56,651 bases of DNA from Catajapyx aquilonaris (taxonomy: Eukaryota): the NCBI GenBank assembly GCA_000934665.2, contig KZ538644.1, positions 1-56,651 on the forward strand, read 5' to 3'. Each line of letters begins with the position of its first letter. Position 1 is the first letter of the stretch. Below are positions 24,595-37,892 of the stretch, piece by piece. A program made the position numbers and the translations under genes. The notes under the pieces are model-generated. The model searched no databases. It was not told where the DNA came from and saw only the letters and a program-made list of their open reading frames with translations.

Positions 24595-27272
24595 ATGTCT
24601 GAAGAGCAGAGGGAGATGCAAGGAGAAGAGGAGGAGGAGGAGGATGAGGAGGTGGTGACCGAGGGAGGCGGAGGAGAGGCCAAGGAAGGACCTCCACAGG
24701 TGCGTTGGGAAGTCCCGGAGAAATGTCAGCGCATTTGGACGTAACGGGATAATTAGTTTACACCGGAGGACTAAACCGGATTTGTAGTTGTACCATGGAG
24801 CTGGCAATGGGGCAGATAATTGCAAATTTCCCATTCAAAATGTTTTAAAAAAAGCACAAAAGGTGCGCTTACATGTGAGCGATAAAAGTAACAATCGATT
24901 TTCGCCTGAAACAATACTGGTTACTTTGGTTACGCAGCGATGACATCGCTCACATGTAAACGCACCTTTAAGAACATTTAAATGTCAAACTAGGAAAACC
25001 CTCGCTCCGCTTGCATTTTCCTAGGGCGCAGGCCTAGAAAACCACTCGCTTCGCTTGCTCTTTTCTAGGCCTGCGGCCTGGGGTAGCTATTCGGGGCACC
25101 ATATCGCCGGCGGAGGGTGTAACGTACTGACGTTAACCTTCCAGCAGTCTTCGAATGTCCCAATATTAGTGAGAACATGTCATTCGTGTGTCTGTCGTTC
25201 CATTACTGACTCTGTGAACAACTTCACAGTAGTGCCAACTGGGCAACAATACAGAGAAGGAATGGACAGTTTCCCCGGCAACTCACCAGAGGTGTTGTTT
25301 ACACCCCATGGCGCATGTGTTGAAAGAGGGCCAATCGGAACGTGGCAGTAACGACAATATGGGGGCGAACCAATCAGACTTCTTATACAAACACCGCAAG
25401 GATTTTAATATTACAGATTTTTCACCTTACAAAAATCCATGAGTACAAAGTTATAAATTACTATAAATTTTTGTGCCATTCGGCTATGTTACCTCGGAAG
25501 TCATAAAATCGCATTCAGCTGATCTAGTCTGGGTTCATGGCGGACCAACCTAAGCCTAATCGCTGTGAAATGCCTGTATAAGTGACAGTGGCCTGAATTG
25601 TTGAATCATTGTACAGATTTACTTGAAGGGTTTGGTTATTGAAGCATTGTTAATAAAGTAGCCCAGTAACCAGTATTGTTTGAGGCAAGGATTGATTGTT
25701 ACTTTCACCACAAACAATATTGGTAACTCGGTTTAAGGTGCGTTTACATGTGAGCGATTTGACTAGCGAAATCTTCGCCAAGGCTGAGCAACCCAAGTAA
25801 CCAATATTGTTTGAGGCGATAATCGATTGTTAATTTCAGACTTGGCGAAGATTTCGCTCGTCAAATAGCTCACATGTAAACGTGGCTTTAGTCTGTTATA
25901 ACCGAGCTTGGTTATAGCCAAATTGCCACCTGAGCAACTAATACACAAAAGTTTTCTTCTTTCCAAATGCCTGTAATGGACACTACTGCATACTGATTAA
26001 GGAAACTACCTTAAAATTCGAAATTAGCTGCCCCTTAAATTAGTCAGGACCAAAAAAAGAAAAACACTTTTCTTCTGCCAACTTACCAAATGCCAACTTA
26101 CCTTGCCAAATGAAATACACCAGAAAAATAATTATTTTGAGACCTTTTTGGCAAGTCTTAGGGGAGTGACAGGTGGGAAAATGACCCCGGGTCCAGTATG
26201 CAGTGCGTTTCTCGCTTGGGAAAGTAAGCTAAGTACAGGTAGTCCCTGGTTTTCGAACGACCCGACTTACGGTGATTCGTACTTACGAATGGGCTCTCCA
26301 TGAGAATAATTTATAAATATCTCTCCACTTTCAATCCCTTCTGCGAACAACCACCAAGTTCAACATAAATACTGTATAATTAATTATTGGGGAACTACGT
26401 TCTTCCACACATGTAAACAAACACATGTGATATAAGCGGTTCGTTGGAGGAGCATCTGTACTCTGTACACATGTGCTGCTCCTCAGGGATCCAAGTTGTA
26501 TACGAATCCGACTTATAGACATTTTCAGGAGCATAACCCTGTTAGTAGACCAGGGACTGTACCCGTAATCAAAAAAGCATATTTTCCCACCGAAGGGCCA
26601 AGAAATGGTCTGTTATACCGGAGATGAGGTGAAAATGAGTCAGCCGTGGGATGATATCATGTAACTATCATAGAACTATCAAGAGAATAGGTGAGCGTGG
26701 GTCACATTGTCATACTCCCTTTTGTGTCAGTATTTAATATATAAAATGAACTGTCTAAAATTGTTTGCATGCTTGTGATTATGACATCGGAATGAGGTGT
26801 ATAAGTTTGTTACCAGCAGATGTTTATCGTATTTATTCTGTTTCATTAGATGTCCACCCAGGAGATTGAGCGGCAGGAGGAGGCTAAGCTGAAGGCCAAG
26901 TACCCTTCAGCTGTGAGGCCAATGGGAGGACACTCGGCCTTCCTGCAGAAGAGGCTCGCCAAGGGCGTGAGTTGAAGACTTGCTGACACACATCACATTA
27001 ACATTACAGACTTTCCCGTTGTTGACGGCCAATTTGAACTGATTTCTGTACCTCGATGTTTTCATGATCATGCTTCCGACTCATTACAGCAAAAGTACTT
27101 TGACTCCGGGGACTACCAGATGGCTAAGCAGAAGGTCCCTCCTGCAATGGCTCGGCTGCCTCCCGTCCTGTCCCAGTCCACCGGTGACGCCATCCCGACT
27201 CCAGAGTCAGTTCCCATGAGGAAGACCTCCATCATCCAACAGAGCAAACTGGCACACTCCAACCTCACTTAG
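24595..27272 (+). CDS. endos: Alpha-endosulfine / ARPP-19 (134 aa); exons 24595-24699, 26850-26966, 27090-27272
   Basis: [37 protein letters not shown] (Greatwall site), TGDAIPTPESVP.RKTS (PKA site). All introns phase 0. Confidence 0.96.
24862..24966. mobile_element. Harbinger-like MITE family (TIR G[GC][TC]GCGTTTACATGTGAGC), copy 1
   Basis: Inverted ends GGTGCGCTTACATGTGAGCGAT and ATCGCTCACATGTAAACGCACC. Confidence 0.8.
24988..25382. mobile_element. Interspersed repeat (Helitron/Helentron-like non-autonomous), related to 42591-42897
   Basis: Shared AACTAG.AAAACCCTCGCT...CCACTCGCTTCGC...TTTCTAGGCCTGCGGCCTG start and GCCAATCGGAA...ACAATATG.GG..ACCAATCAGA end. The family assignment is a guess. 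Confidence 0.65.
25737..25886. mobile_element. Harbinger-like MITE, copy 2
   Basis: TAA-GGTGCGTTTACATGTGAGCGA ... GCTCACATGTAAACGTGGC; the interior also resembles copy 1. Confidence 0.75.
26234..26560. mobile_element. Possible Tigger/pogo-like MITE
   Basis: TACAGGTAGTCCCTGGT at the left and ACCAGGGACTGTA at the right, with TA flanks. Confidence 0.4.
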
Positions 27273-28489
27273 ATTGAAAACGAGTCGCCCAAATGAGCCA
27301 GAGCACTACACTTTTGACTTTCTTATCTGCCAATCTTTCTCCTTGAGTGTCGTTTCTCTTGTGTTTTTTTGTGTTTTGTGTTTGAGTAGGGCATTTTTTT
27401 AAACAAAATTTCACACCGACCGAATTACTTTTGCGTTGTAGCATGATCAGAGAATGAAAAAAAAAAATCTTCCTCTTGAGCTTCCAAATGTGAAATCGGA
27501 GAGGTTGGATTTCCATATTGCGAAAAGGAAGTGGTTACAGGGCGAGTCTGAAATTAGGCCGTTAACTGATTTTGTGTAATTAATACTAACGTGTGCAGTT
27601 GCTGGCAGCACTAACTTCAAATAAAAATTGATAAAAATCACTGTTCGCCCTGTGCATTTGTTTAAAGCTGGCAAGACGGACGAAGCCAGCAATAGTCTCA
27701 CCGTAAATAATTTGTCCCAAATCTGTCCAGAGTAAGTGAGAATAAATGGTGTTTCCTTTTTTTTTTTGTCATCAGATCGTATGTGCTGCTATGTGGTGTG
27801 AAAGGGTGTATTTTTATAACACCTTGTATATACCAAGTATTTAAAAGAGAGAAAACAACTCACAAAAAATAGTCGTTTCATGAGTAGTTTTTTTTAGTAC
27901 AATGGCAGAAAAAGTTAAAGTGAGTGGTTTTAAAGGTGGTTGGAAAAATGTCTTTTAAAAACGTTAATTTTTGGGTTCCGGTGGCATTGTTGTGTACATA
28001 AGGTGTAAACCGATACAAAGCCCAATTTCGTCTGGAAAAAAAAATTCGTAATTAACTTCTTATCTGCAGCATAAACATTCCAATTTTTTTTTTCCCCCAT
28101 GGTCTGTTACGGAGTATATGATTAGCAGCTTCGAACTAACTTATTTTCTGCTGAATGAACCAAAATAAATAAACCTGATTTAAAGTGCCAAGTGTAAGGG
28201 CAGCAATCGTTTCGTAACGCACTCGGAAATGTCAAATTTTTTTTGTTTTTTTGTTTATGAACAAACGAGAAAAATTACAAGAAAAATGTTGTCGAGCTGT
28301 AATGAAAAGCGGCCAACTCTAGAGATGTTAGTCTGGAACAAAGTAATAAAAAAAAAAGGTTTTGCCCTCTGTAATTTTGATTCTAATTTTTATTTCGCTC
28401 TATCGTATAAATAAGTGCTACACTCTTTTTTTTTTTAAATTGCTTAAGCTAGGTGCAAGCGTCTTAGTTTTTAAAAAATTGTGGGTCTA

Positions 28490-29572
28490 TCACAGAAGCA
28501 GCTTAAGGGCAATTACGGAGATGAATGTTGCTGGAGCTGCGACCAGGTGACATCCGGCATTATCGTTGGATTGCTCGGGATGGGTCGTACCTGCAGAGAA
28601 AAAAATTGCGTAATTTTACAGTAATTATTGCAAGTCAGATCGTTACAGGATTTACATATTGTATCGTAACTAATCCATCTGGCCTTACAGGTTACTGCAT
28701 GAATTTGTTTTGTAATGTAAATTATCGTTGGATTGCTCAGGATGGGTCGTTACTGCTTTGTTTAATTTTACAGTAAATTGTTAATGCAAATCATGGAATC
28801 TACAGGTTGCCTCGTAACTAATGCAGCTTTCCTTACAGGTTACTAAACATTTTTCGAATTGTGCTGTGTACTTTTAACATACATTTATGTAGCTCCGTAA
28901 ATAACAATGTTCAGCTACACAAACTCACCATGTACGTTCCGATCGCAACCTATAACAATTAGCGTGTCCTTTAGAATTGATCGCAACGATACGCTCACGT
29001 CTACAGTTATCAAGCTGCGTTTACAATGTGAGCGAATCACTCCAATATAAAGGCGACGTTAAACTGATGTGCTATTGGATGTTATTGTTAGCAACAATGA
29101 CGCAGCTGTCATCAAGTGTTGCAAAACCGGTGGGAGGAAATCAGGGAGCGACCTTTATGCGGAATGAAATGTGATTACATCAGATCGCATGTCATTTCAA
29201 AATCAATATGGTGAATAATGTAATTGTGCATTTGGCAGCTTATCATCTCGTTGTTAAAATGTCTCGTTGTGACGAACCTTTGCCCTTCCCTTGCGTCTGT
29301 CCGGATGCCCTCAGATCTTCATCCTTGTCTTGCGGATGACCACTGGTGGGATGTGGCTCTGGATGATCGTCATGCCCATGGTCTGTCGAGGAGCTCTTGG
29401 GCTGCTGACCCGGATTGTTGGGGTCGTATGCAGGATTGTTGCTGCTCCCACCGGACGGCTGATTGCCCGGCATATACTGGGAGAAGTGCGCCTCGGTGGT
29501 GTACTCCTGGCACCACGTGCTGTCCAGTAAAGCAGCCAGCACCGCCAGCATCAACAACGCTATCCCTTTCAT
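28490..29572 (-). CDS. Predicted GPI-anchored, low-complexity secreted protein (131 aa); exons 29572-29278, 28590-28490
   Basis: Signal peptide MKGIALLMLAVLAALLDSTWC; P/Q/S/H/D-rich body. Donor AAG|GTTCGT joins acceptor TTTTTTCTCTGCAG in frame to give ...SNDNAGCHLVAAPATFISVIALKLLL*, a GPI-signal-like tail. Confidence 0.8.
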
Positions 29573-30167
29573 CGCGAACTTCTGCGGATTATCTAGAAGT
29601 CAAATGGAGCATGTCACACCCCAGCACCATACTTGCCAACCATAAAAACTAGTACAAAAAGATCACGGCACTAACTTAACCTTGCCGTGAGCCCCCAACC
29701 AAAATCATCTAATTCATCAAGCCGGCACATCGCATGTCTTCGTCTCCTGATTGTGGAGGACACCCCATCTTTTTTTTCGTGGCCTTGAGTCCATTTTTTT
29801 TTTGCACAGTTTTATCTACTAAAAGGATCCCCATTGTTGGGAACCGCCCTAAATTCTGTGAGTCATGAAAACCGGTTTCATGCTCTTTTGATTGTGACTC
29901 ATCGGAAGATGGGGGGAAGACCCATTCAATCATCTGTCGCCCCCCCCAAAAAAAATATCGATTGTGTCAAAATTTTAGTGGAGATTGACCTAACGATATT
30001 GCCTTGTATAAATATGAAATTCGCCAATTTGTGACCAGAAGGAAATGGACTTGCGGTCAATTTTCGCATCATTTGTTTGGGGCATTCGCCACAATTGAAG
30101 ATGTGAAAACACAACATTCGCAGACGTGGCTTCTGGTATTTAAAAAAAATTAATGTCAATTAATATC

Positions 30168-30475
30168 AATATTTTCAGCATTTTTGGCGTCGTACATTTA
30201 GCCAAAATTCAACAATTTGCAAACACTATTTTTGCGACGTTTATGATTTATGCGACGAACTGCTTCTTGTATTGGTTTAATAATTAATTTCAAATTTTTC
30301 AGCAATTTTGAGTCATACATTAGCCAAAAACTGAGCAATTTGCAAACATTAAATTAGCGACTTACCTGATTTGCACACCATTGCTTCTGATATTGTTTTA
30401 TATTTCATTACAAACTTTTTGCAGGTTTTTCCGAGTCATACATTAGCCGAAACGGAACAATTTGCAAACACTTTA
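30168..30475. repeat. Degenerate tandem repeat of about 122 bp (3 copies)
   Basis: TACATT(T)AGCC.AAA...CAATTTGCAAACA recurs near 30193, 30316 and 30439. Confidence 0.75.
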
Positions 30476-33109
30476 TGAATAGTGTCAAAATTGAACCATT
30501 TGTAAAATTCGCGAATTTCCTAATTTTTTTCCCATCTGTTTGTATTATTTAACAATTATTATAGTGTACACTGGAAGTGATCCTTTGCGCAAAAACCAGT
30601 TTCTGATCAATTTTGTTTGCGAATTGATCCAACCAATTAAATAAAACAAGATGTAAGCGAGTCTCTCAGGCAATTATGTAACAATCGCAAAATATTCATC
30701 CAAGATTTGCTAACAATTGTGTAACCGTCACATGCACGCTACGGTCGTCACAATGTAGCCATATATAAATCAGAAAGTTTGTCTGTATGTCCGGGCGACC
30801 TAACCCACTTGCGGACTACTGATAGTGTGAAAACAGTGTGTCTCATAAATTTCATTTGTCTAATTTCTGCTAGTTGTTAAATAATTATTTTAGCAATATG
30901 TATTATTTAAAATAATTAAAATGCTTTAATTATCAGTTGGTGAACTTTTGGAGTAAGCGTTGCAGTGGATTTTACCTTTAGCGGCTAGAGAGACCCTTCT
31001 GATCCAGTGGAGCTTCTGGATGGGAGTGAACAAAAGTCCTGAGGGTTCATTCAGGGTATGGGGTGGGGATGTGGGGGGATTTGGGGAGCAGCAGGGGGGA
31101 AGAGGGGGGGAACAAAGGAGGAACCTCCGGGACGTTATTTCCTATTAGGATCATATTCCCCCCCATCCCCCCCTGCCATCCTATCCATCAAACCAATCGA
31201 TCGTTGGCAATTTATATTTCGACGGACACATGTCACACATTGGCATAGCCACAATAACGTCGGTTGGCTCGCGGCGCACAAGACGGACAGTGCGACATCG
31301 GAGGATTTCATATTATAGCTATATTTTTGCTATATTTTTGATTAACATAATCATCATTTTGATAAAATTTATAAATAATCAAGAAGCGTAGCTAAGAACA
31401 TAGCTGTAAGAAAATATTAATTTTAATTAGATTTAAAAATTAATGACCCATTATTACCAGACTATTCCCTTGCTCACGCGCGGGGGGGCTCGTTATTACT
31501 TTAATTTTGTGTTAACTTAATCGTTATTTAAAAATTAAAAGCTGGAAGCATAGTTAATAACATATGCTCTATCATGATAAAAAAATTAATTATGTTTAAA
31601 ATGTAATATTATCAATGTTTCCCCCTCATTGTGGGATGACTCTTTATTACTTTAATTTTGTGTATTAACTTAATCGTTATTTTGAAAAAAAATTTAAATC
31701 AAAAGCATAGTTAAGAACATATCCTAGATCATGATAAAAAGACATTTTAATTACATTTAAAATTGAATGTACTAGCATCATCAGACTTATTCTCCTCATT
31801 TTATGCCACAATTTTTCTACTTGTAGGTTACACTACATGCAAAAAAAATTAGCAATTTTGAAGAAAAAAACTGCAAAAAATTCTCACTATATCTCACAGG
31901 GTACTATAGCGTGACTATGTGAGCCATTGATCCAACTAGCTGGGATTTATACTCTTGTCGATCCCACCATCTCTCCCAAACCACCCGAAAACTTCTCTCC
32001 TATGCAGTCAGTGGGAATCCCGACACCTGACAAGCTTTGCGAATTCATCGCAAAAAAAAGTTTTTTTTTGCACGATGAAATATTGGCATGCCAAAAAAGT
32101 AGGTTGATACCATCATTTTTTTTTGTACCTTCATGTACAAAAATCTTCGACTAATTAACTTGATATTTTTTTGATAGATCACGGTGTTAGCACGTGCAGA
32201 AAATTTTGGCGAGATCTATAATAGACGAAAGGGGCCTTGAGAGACTATAAGTGACGTCTAACATGCGATAGCCATCTTCTTAACACTCTCTGGTATTTTA
32301 GACAGCACTATTGGTGTTTAATTACAGTCGAGTGAACCCCTTGTTGGTACCGCCAATAGTGCTGTCAGGTGCGCCGCAGGCCAACGAATGTTATTGTGGC
32401 TTTGCCAACTTTTCATATTTAATTTTTAAAAAAAATATATGTCCGGTTTTCCTCCAGCTTAATCTCGGAATTAAGGACATTTCCTGATCTGTGCAGAAAC
32501 TAGTAGACGGCGTATCTAGCACGACTCCCAGTCTGCACTATACAGTATTATATTCCGGGGAATCGGAGCAGATGTCAACGCCCCGGGAGTAATTTAAGAC
32601 ATTGTGCGCTCTCAACAATACATGCAAATTTCGTCTGCCAAAGAGACGTTCCCTTTGAAGTCCCCTGGAATTGCTGAGTCTGGAAATGACGCGTCGTCTC
32701 TCTCTCTCTTGCGAAAAAAGAAGGGGGGGAAAAAACACTAAGTGCTCTATTGATTTCGGCCAAAATGTAAGGTATCATCATTGCATTTTGGTCCCATGTC
32801 GCGAATTACGTCTATAAAGAAAAGTGGACGACACATGAATTATTTAAAAACAGATGTCATGACAACTTCGATTATAGGTTCCTTTTTTTGGGGCTGGAGG
32901 ATGGTCTTGAAATTCGCGGAAACGTCACGTGCCTTTCAAAATGTCCTATTTTTGGGCGAAATATCGGCAAACATGCGAATCTTGCTAATTTCGACTTCAA
33001 AATGAGGACGAGTTGCATCAACTCCTGTTAAATATATTCATGTCAAAATTTTGCCAAATAATTGCAAAATCACCAACTCAAAATAATTATTGGCCACATT
33101 ATTTATCAA

Positions 33110-33820
33110 ATTATAACATTAGCTATTATCTCTAGCCATTTAATATTGGATATTATCTATATAGCGTATCTATATAATTATAGTTATCACTAATTTAACA
33201 ACAGCCATTATCTCTATAGCTCTTCTGTTAAATATTGGCTATTATATCTAGCTGTTAAATATTGGTTATCTGACCTTATCTCTAGCTGTTAAATATGTTA
33301 TTATCTCTATATTACCGTATCTCTAGATGTAGCTATTAAATTTTATTTCTAGACGTAGCTATCAAATATTATCTATTTTATTTCTAGATGTAGCTATCAA
33401 ATATTATCTATTTTATTTCTAGATGTAGCTATCAAATATTATCTATTTTATTTCTGGATGTAGCTATTAAATATTATCTATTTTATTTCTAGATGTAGCT
33501 ATTAAATATTATCTATTATATCTAGCTATTAAATATTATCTATTATATCTAGCTATTACATATTATCTGTTATCTCCTGATATAGATATTAATATTATGT
33601 TGATATTATCAATTATCAAATTTAACATTAAACCATTATCTCTAGGTCTAGCTATTAATATTGATATTATCTCTAGCTATTAAATATTAGCTATATCTCT
33701 AGCTATTAAATATTAGCTATCTCTCTAGCTATTAAATATTAGCTATCTCTCTAGTTATTAAATATTAGCTATATCTCTAGCTGTTAAATATTAGCTATTA
33801 TCAAATTAAGTATAACCTAG
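33110..33820. repeat. AT-rich composite minisatellite (ATCTCTAGCTATTAAATATT and 33-bp TTTATTTCTAGATGTAGCTAT units)
   Basis: Directly visible tandem units. Confidence 0.9.
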
Positions 33821-35179
33821 AACATAATCGGATATTAATATTAATATCTGATTATGTACTTAATCGTTAATTTTTTTTGTCCCTGAATATTTAATGCCAG
33901 ATAGTAGGGCTACTCGGAAGCACTATCTGCAGTACCCAAACTGTAACGACGGGCAGTCATGCAAACAAATATTTTTCCAGGAAATTAGCGAAAGGGGGGA
34001 GGGGGGGGGTGTTGTATGGTGTGCTCAGTGTTGCAAAAACCATATTTAGCAGGAAGCTAACTGACCAAACAGTAGGGGTATTGCACGTAACGGGTCTTGT
34101 AACATTGAAGAGATAAGCCAACACGTACGCTTCATTCACCGCAACAATGCAACAGTTCAGTACTGTAAAAATGTAGTAGTCACACGACATAAAATTTGCA
34201 ATATTACATAAGCCTACACAAACATGTGTTTCTATAAGATTATCGCACTCGATTATCGTAGTTATCGCACTCGGTTATCGCGGTGAGTGATCCGGAGTGG
34301 GTGGCACAGCTTTTTTATATATTAAAAAATCGTGCCATTTTTATCAATGATATATCTAATCAAATAATTACAAACATTAGTTAACAGTAAGCAGCTGATC
34401 ACTTAACAATAAATTTCCTCGCCAATTATTCGCAAATGGTTACAAAATTGGCACAGGATATAAACCAATAGACTCTCAAATAGGAAGAGGGACTAAATAA
34501 TCTGCTACAGTTCATTGGCCCTCCCTTTATGCCTTATTGCAGATTTTAATTTACCCTCCTCTGCAAAGTGCCAACTTCCGCTTTTCGCACACTTCAATAG
34601 CCCCCCGCCCCTTTTTTTCTCCCCCGCTAGACATTTTCGCGAACCTTGTTGACCCCTTAGCTTTCCGGAAGTTACGTGTTTGAGGTAGCCAACACGCATT
34701 GGTCGTATCCGGTCAGATTATTTACGACATATTGTCATACTTCAAGTTCAATAACAGCACGATTTTTCGCACAATTTGTTCAGCAAAATTGTGCGAAAAT
34801 TCGCAAACTTAATTAATTGCAAATATTTTAATTGGGCGTGGTTGTCTAACCAAAAGGATTTAAGTTTTACATTATATTATTGTTTAGTTATATTAAAATT
34901 GAATAAAATAATTTTGCTGTAGGTCACACGGTGTGCGGAGACTCACCCTGACTAGCTGGGATGCAACCTGTCCTGGGAATGAATGGATGGATGAAAAAGC
35001 ACACAAAACTTTTTTCCCCTTGTCGTAAGGAGCCAATGGCAGACCAGGTCTCCACCCACCTCAAACCCACCCACCCACCCACCCACCCACCTTGTTCTCA
35101 GCAGGTGAGCGTGCCTGGTAAAAGTTTATATATAAAAAAAGAAGCATTGTTTATGATGAAGGTTATTGGAAGCAACCAA

Positions 35180-35990
35180 CCGGCAACGTCGCCTCCTGAA
35201 AATGTCATCGAAAATTAAATTGTAATTAATACGTGCAACACCGTGAATATACGAGAGAACATTGAAATAATAATATAATCACCATCACCATCACGACATT
35301 TCCCTATAAGGAGTAGTCAGCGATGACGGGAGCCACAAGCTACCCCAAAATATGATAATGACAGTAATTATAATAATGATAATAGAAAAGTGAAATTACG
35401 CTAATTAAATGTAACACGGTAAAAGGATCAACGTCGTCGCCTGAAAATGTCATAGAAAATTAAATTGTAATTAATACATGCAACACCGTGAATATATGAG
35501 AGAACATTGAAATAATAAGTGTTAATATAATAATGAAATAGAAAGTGAAATTAAGCTAATTAATGTTATATGGTAAATGAAAGGATCAACGTCGTCTTCT
35601 GTATATGTAATCAAAAATTATATTAAAATTAATACGTGCAACACCATGTATGTAGGATGATGAAATAAAATATTATATAATAACAATAATACAAAATTGA
35701 AATTACACTAATTAATGTAACACAGTAAAGGCCATTTCACAAAAAAAATGTCGCGCAGCAAACGGCGCGACTTGCGGCAAATTTTATTGTTGCCAACAAT
35801 TGGCAACAATAAATGTAAATAAAAATTTGCCGCAAGTCGCGCCGTTTGCCGCGCGACATTTTTTTTGTGAAATGGCCTTAACATTGGCTCCTAAAAATAT
35901 CATCAAAGATTACATTCAAATTAATACGTGCAACACCATGTAGGACAATGAAATAATTATTTCATAATAATTAATAATGATCATAGAAAA
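35180..35990. repeat. Degenerate tandem repeat (4 copies, core AATTAATAC[GA]TGCAACACC)
   Basis: Cores near 35224, 35469, 35627 and 35919. Confidence 0.8.
35729..35878. mobile_element. Hairpin PIF/Harbinger MITE with TAA TSD, inserted in the tandem repeat
   Basis: Near-perfect arms of about 58 bp (AGGCCATTTCACAAAAAAAATGTCGCGC...). TAA at 35726-35728 and 35879-35881. Confidence 0.9.
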
Positions 35991-37892
35991 CCGAAATTTC
36001 ACAAATTATTACAACACGCTACTGAAGAGATAAAAGGTTCGACCCACATAGTCGCTATAGTTTGCGGCTATAAAACGGGCAATTAAACACCTGACATTTC
36101 CATCAGACGGACAGCGGCCTACCAATTAAAAGTTGACAATGCCAATCTCGGAGATGGGCCGAGTGATAGATTGCAAGTCACAAATCGTTTTAAGGCACAG
36201 TCAATCGTTTTAGTGGGACTAATTGCAATTAAGTGGGGCAGATTTCATTTAGTGATTAGGGGCGGGTTTCAAATAAACACAATGGCTGTTACATAACCCC
36301 CAATTCTTTATTCAGGTACTATTCCGGCCAAATTAAAAAAAAAAAAACTTTCGGCCTTGACCTTCAACGTGGCCTATTCAAAGACTCCACAAAAGGAGTA
36401 GCGGAGCAGAGCTGACCAACGACATACACACAAAGGGAATGCTCTTTTTAAATAGTAAAACAGTCAATAACTGATCACAAAACACTTCGCTTTTTATCAG
36501 CTCGACAAATTATTTTACTCTCAACCAAATTTTATTTGTCAGAACATTTGGAGATTCTATCTCGGTTGCTACATTTCACAATTTACCACAAAATGTCGAC
36601 ATGATTTGCATATTTTAACCCCCAAAAAATAATGTCTAATCACTTAGGCACTTAACAATGTTTTACAAAAACGTGGCCTCAACAAGTGTAATGCCCATGA
36701 ATACACTTCAGTACGCAAACGGTGAATAATTAAATCCACCTTCGCATTTGCATATATAAATTTTTTTTTTTTACATTCGTATGCGTTTTTTTGGGGGTAC
36801 ATGACTAGTTATAAAAGGAATCCCATCGAGATAAAAGAATTTCCCCCTAGAAATGAAACCAGATATTTTACGATCAGAAAATACTTGTTTTTTTTTTTTT
36901 AAAGAATCGGTATACATAAGTGCCACATTTGTTCGGCGGGAATAGCGCAAGAAAAGAAAACAGAAAAAAATAATAATTCAGAAAGATGGAAACTGAAGTG
37001 ACTATTGTCGATCACGTTAAAAAACCGTCTTGAATACCTTTTTTTTTTTCGCCTGTACGCATCTACAATCCTCAAGTTTTCTTACGGTAACCATGTACAC
37101 ATTGACATCAGAAGTAATCACAATGAACATTTCAGGCTCGACATTTATGAGGCAATCACCTGAAAACCGCCTCATTTTACACTTTTTTTTTTTTTTTGAA
37201 AGTTTTCTGATTTGGTTTTTTTTTGTGTAGGGGGTCATGCACAACCATAATTAAAAAGCATGACCCCTCAAACAATTTTTTGCATTTAATCAATTATACC
37301 CCCCCCCCCAATGTAAAAACCGATAGCCCACAATTTTTTTTTCTTTCGCACATCTTAAAAAGACAAACCTAACTGCCTGCAACATTAAACTGATTACGTC
37401 ACTATAATAATTATCGTCCCTACATCTTTAGCGCAAGCAATTTAAAAAAGCCTGCAACGTGAGCAAAAAAAAAATGAAGTGGAAGGAACAAAAAAACGTA
37501 ACTGTGCGTTTTTTTGTTGTGCTTTTTTTTTCAGTCACAAGAAATCGGCCAACATACGGATGCAAAAATGTCACATTTACGTTCAATTCCCGACGGCGAA
37601 AAACAAATAAATCGCCATCGAAAACTTAATATTGCATCCCATCAAATATACCTTTTACATCACAGCCGTTCACCATGTTTATCAGACTAGCGTTTATAAC
37701 GGGCTATTTAGGAAGGGAAAAGGAACAAAATGTTTAAGCAGGGCAGGAAATTAAAAAAAAAAAAACGACAAAGGAAAGAGAAGAAGAGGACAACCCTTAT
37801 AAACTCTTTGGGTCCACCTGAGCTCGATATTGCATACTTGGTGAAAGGTCGAGGTAACCACAAAATTACCCGGCGATTTGCTGTTTTTTTGG

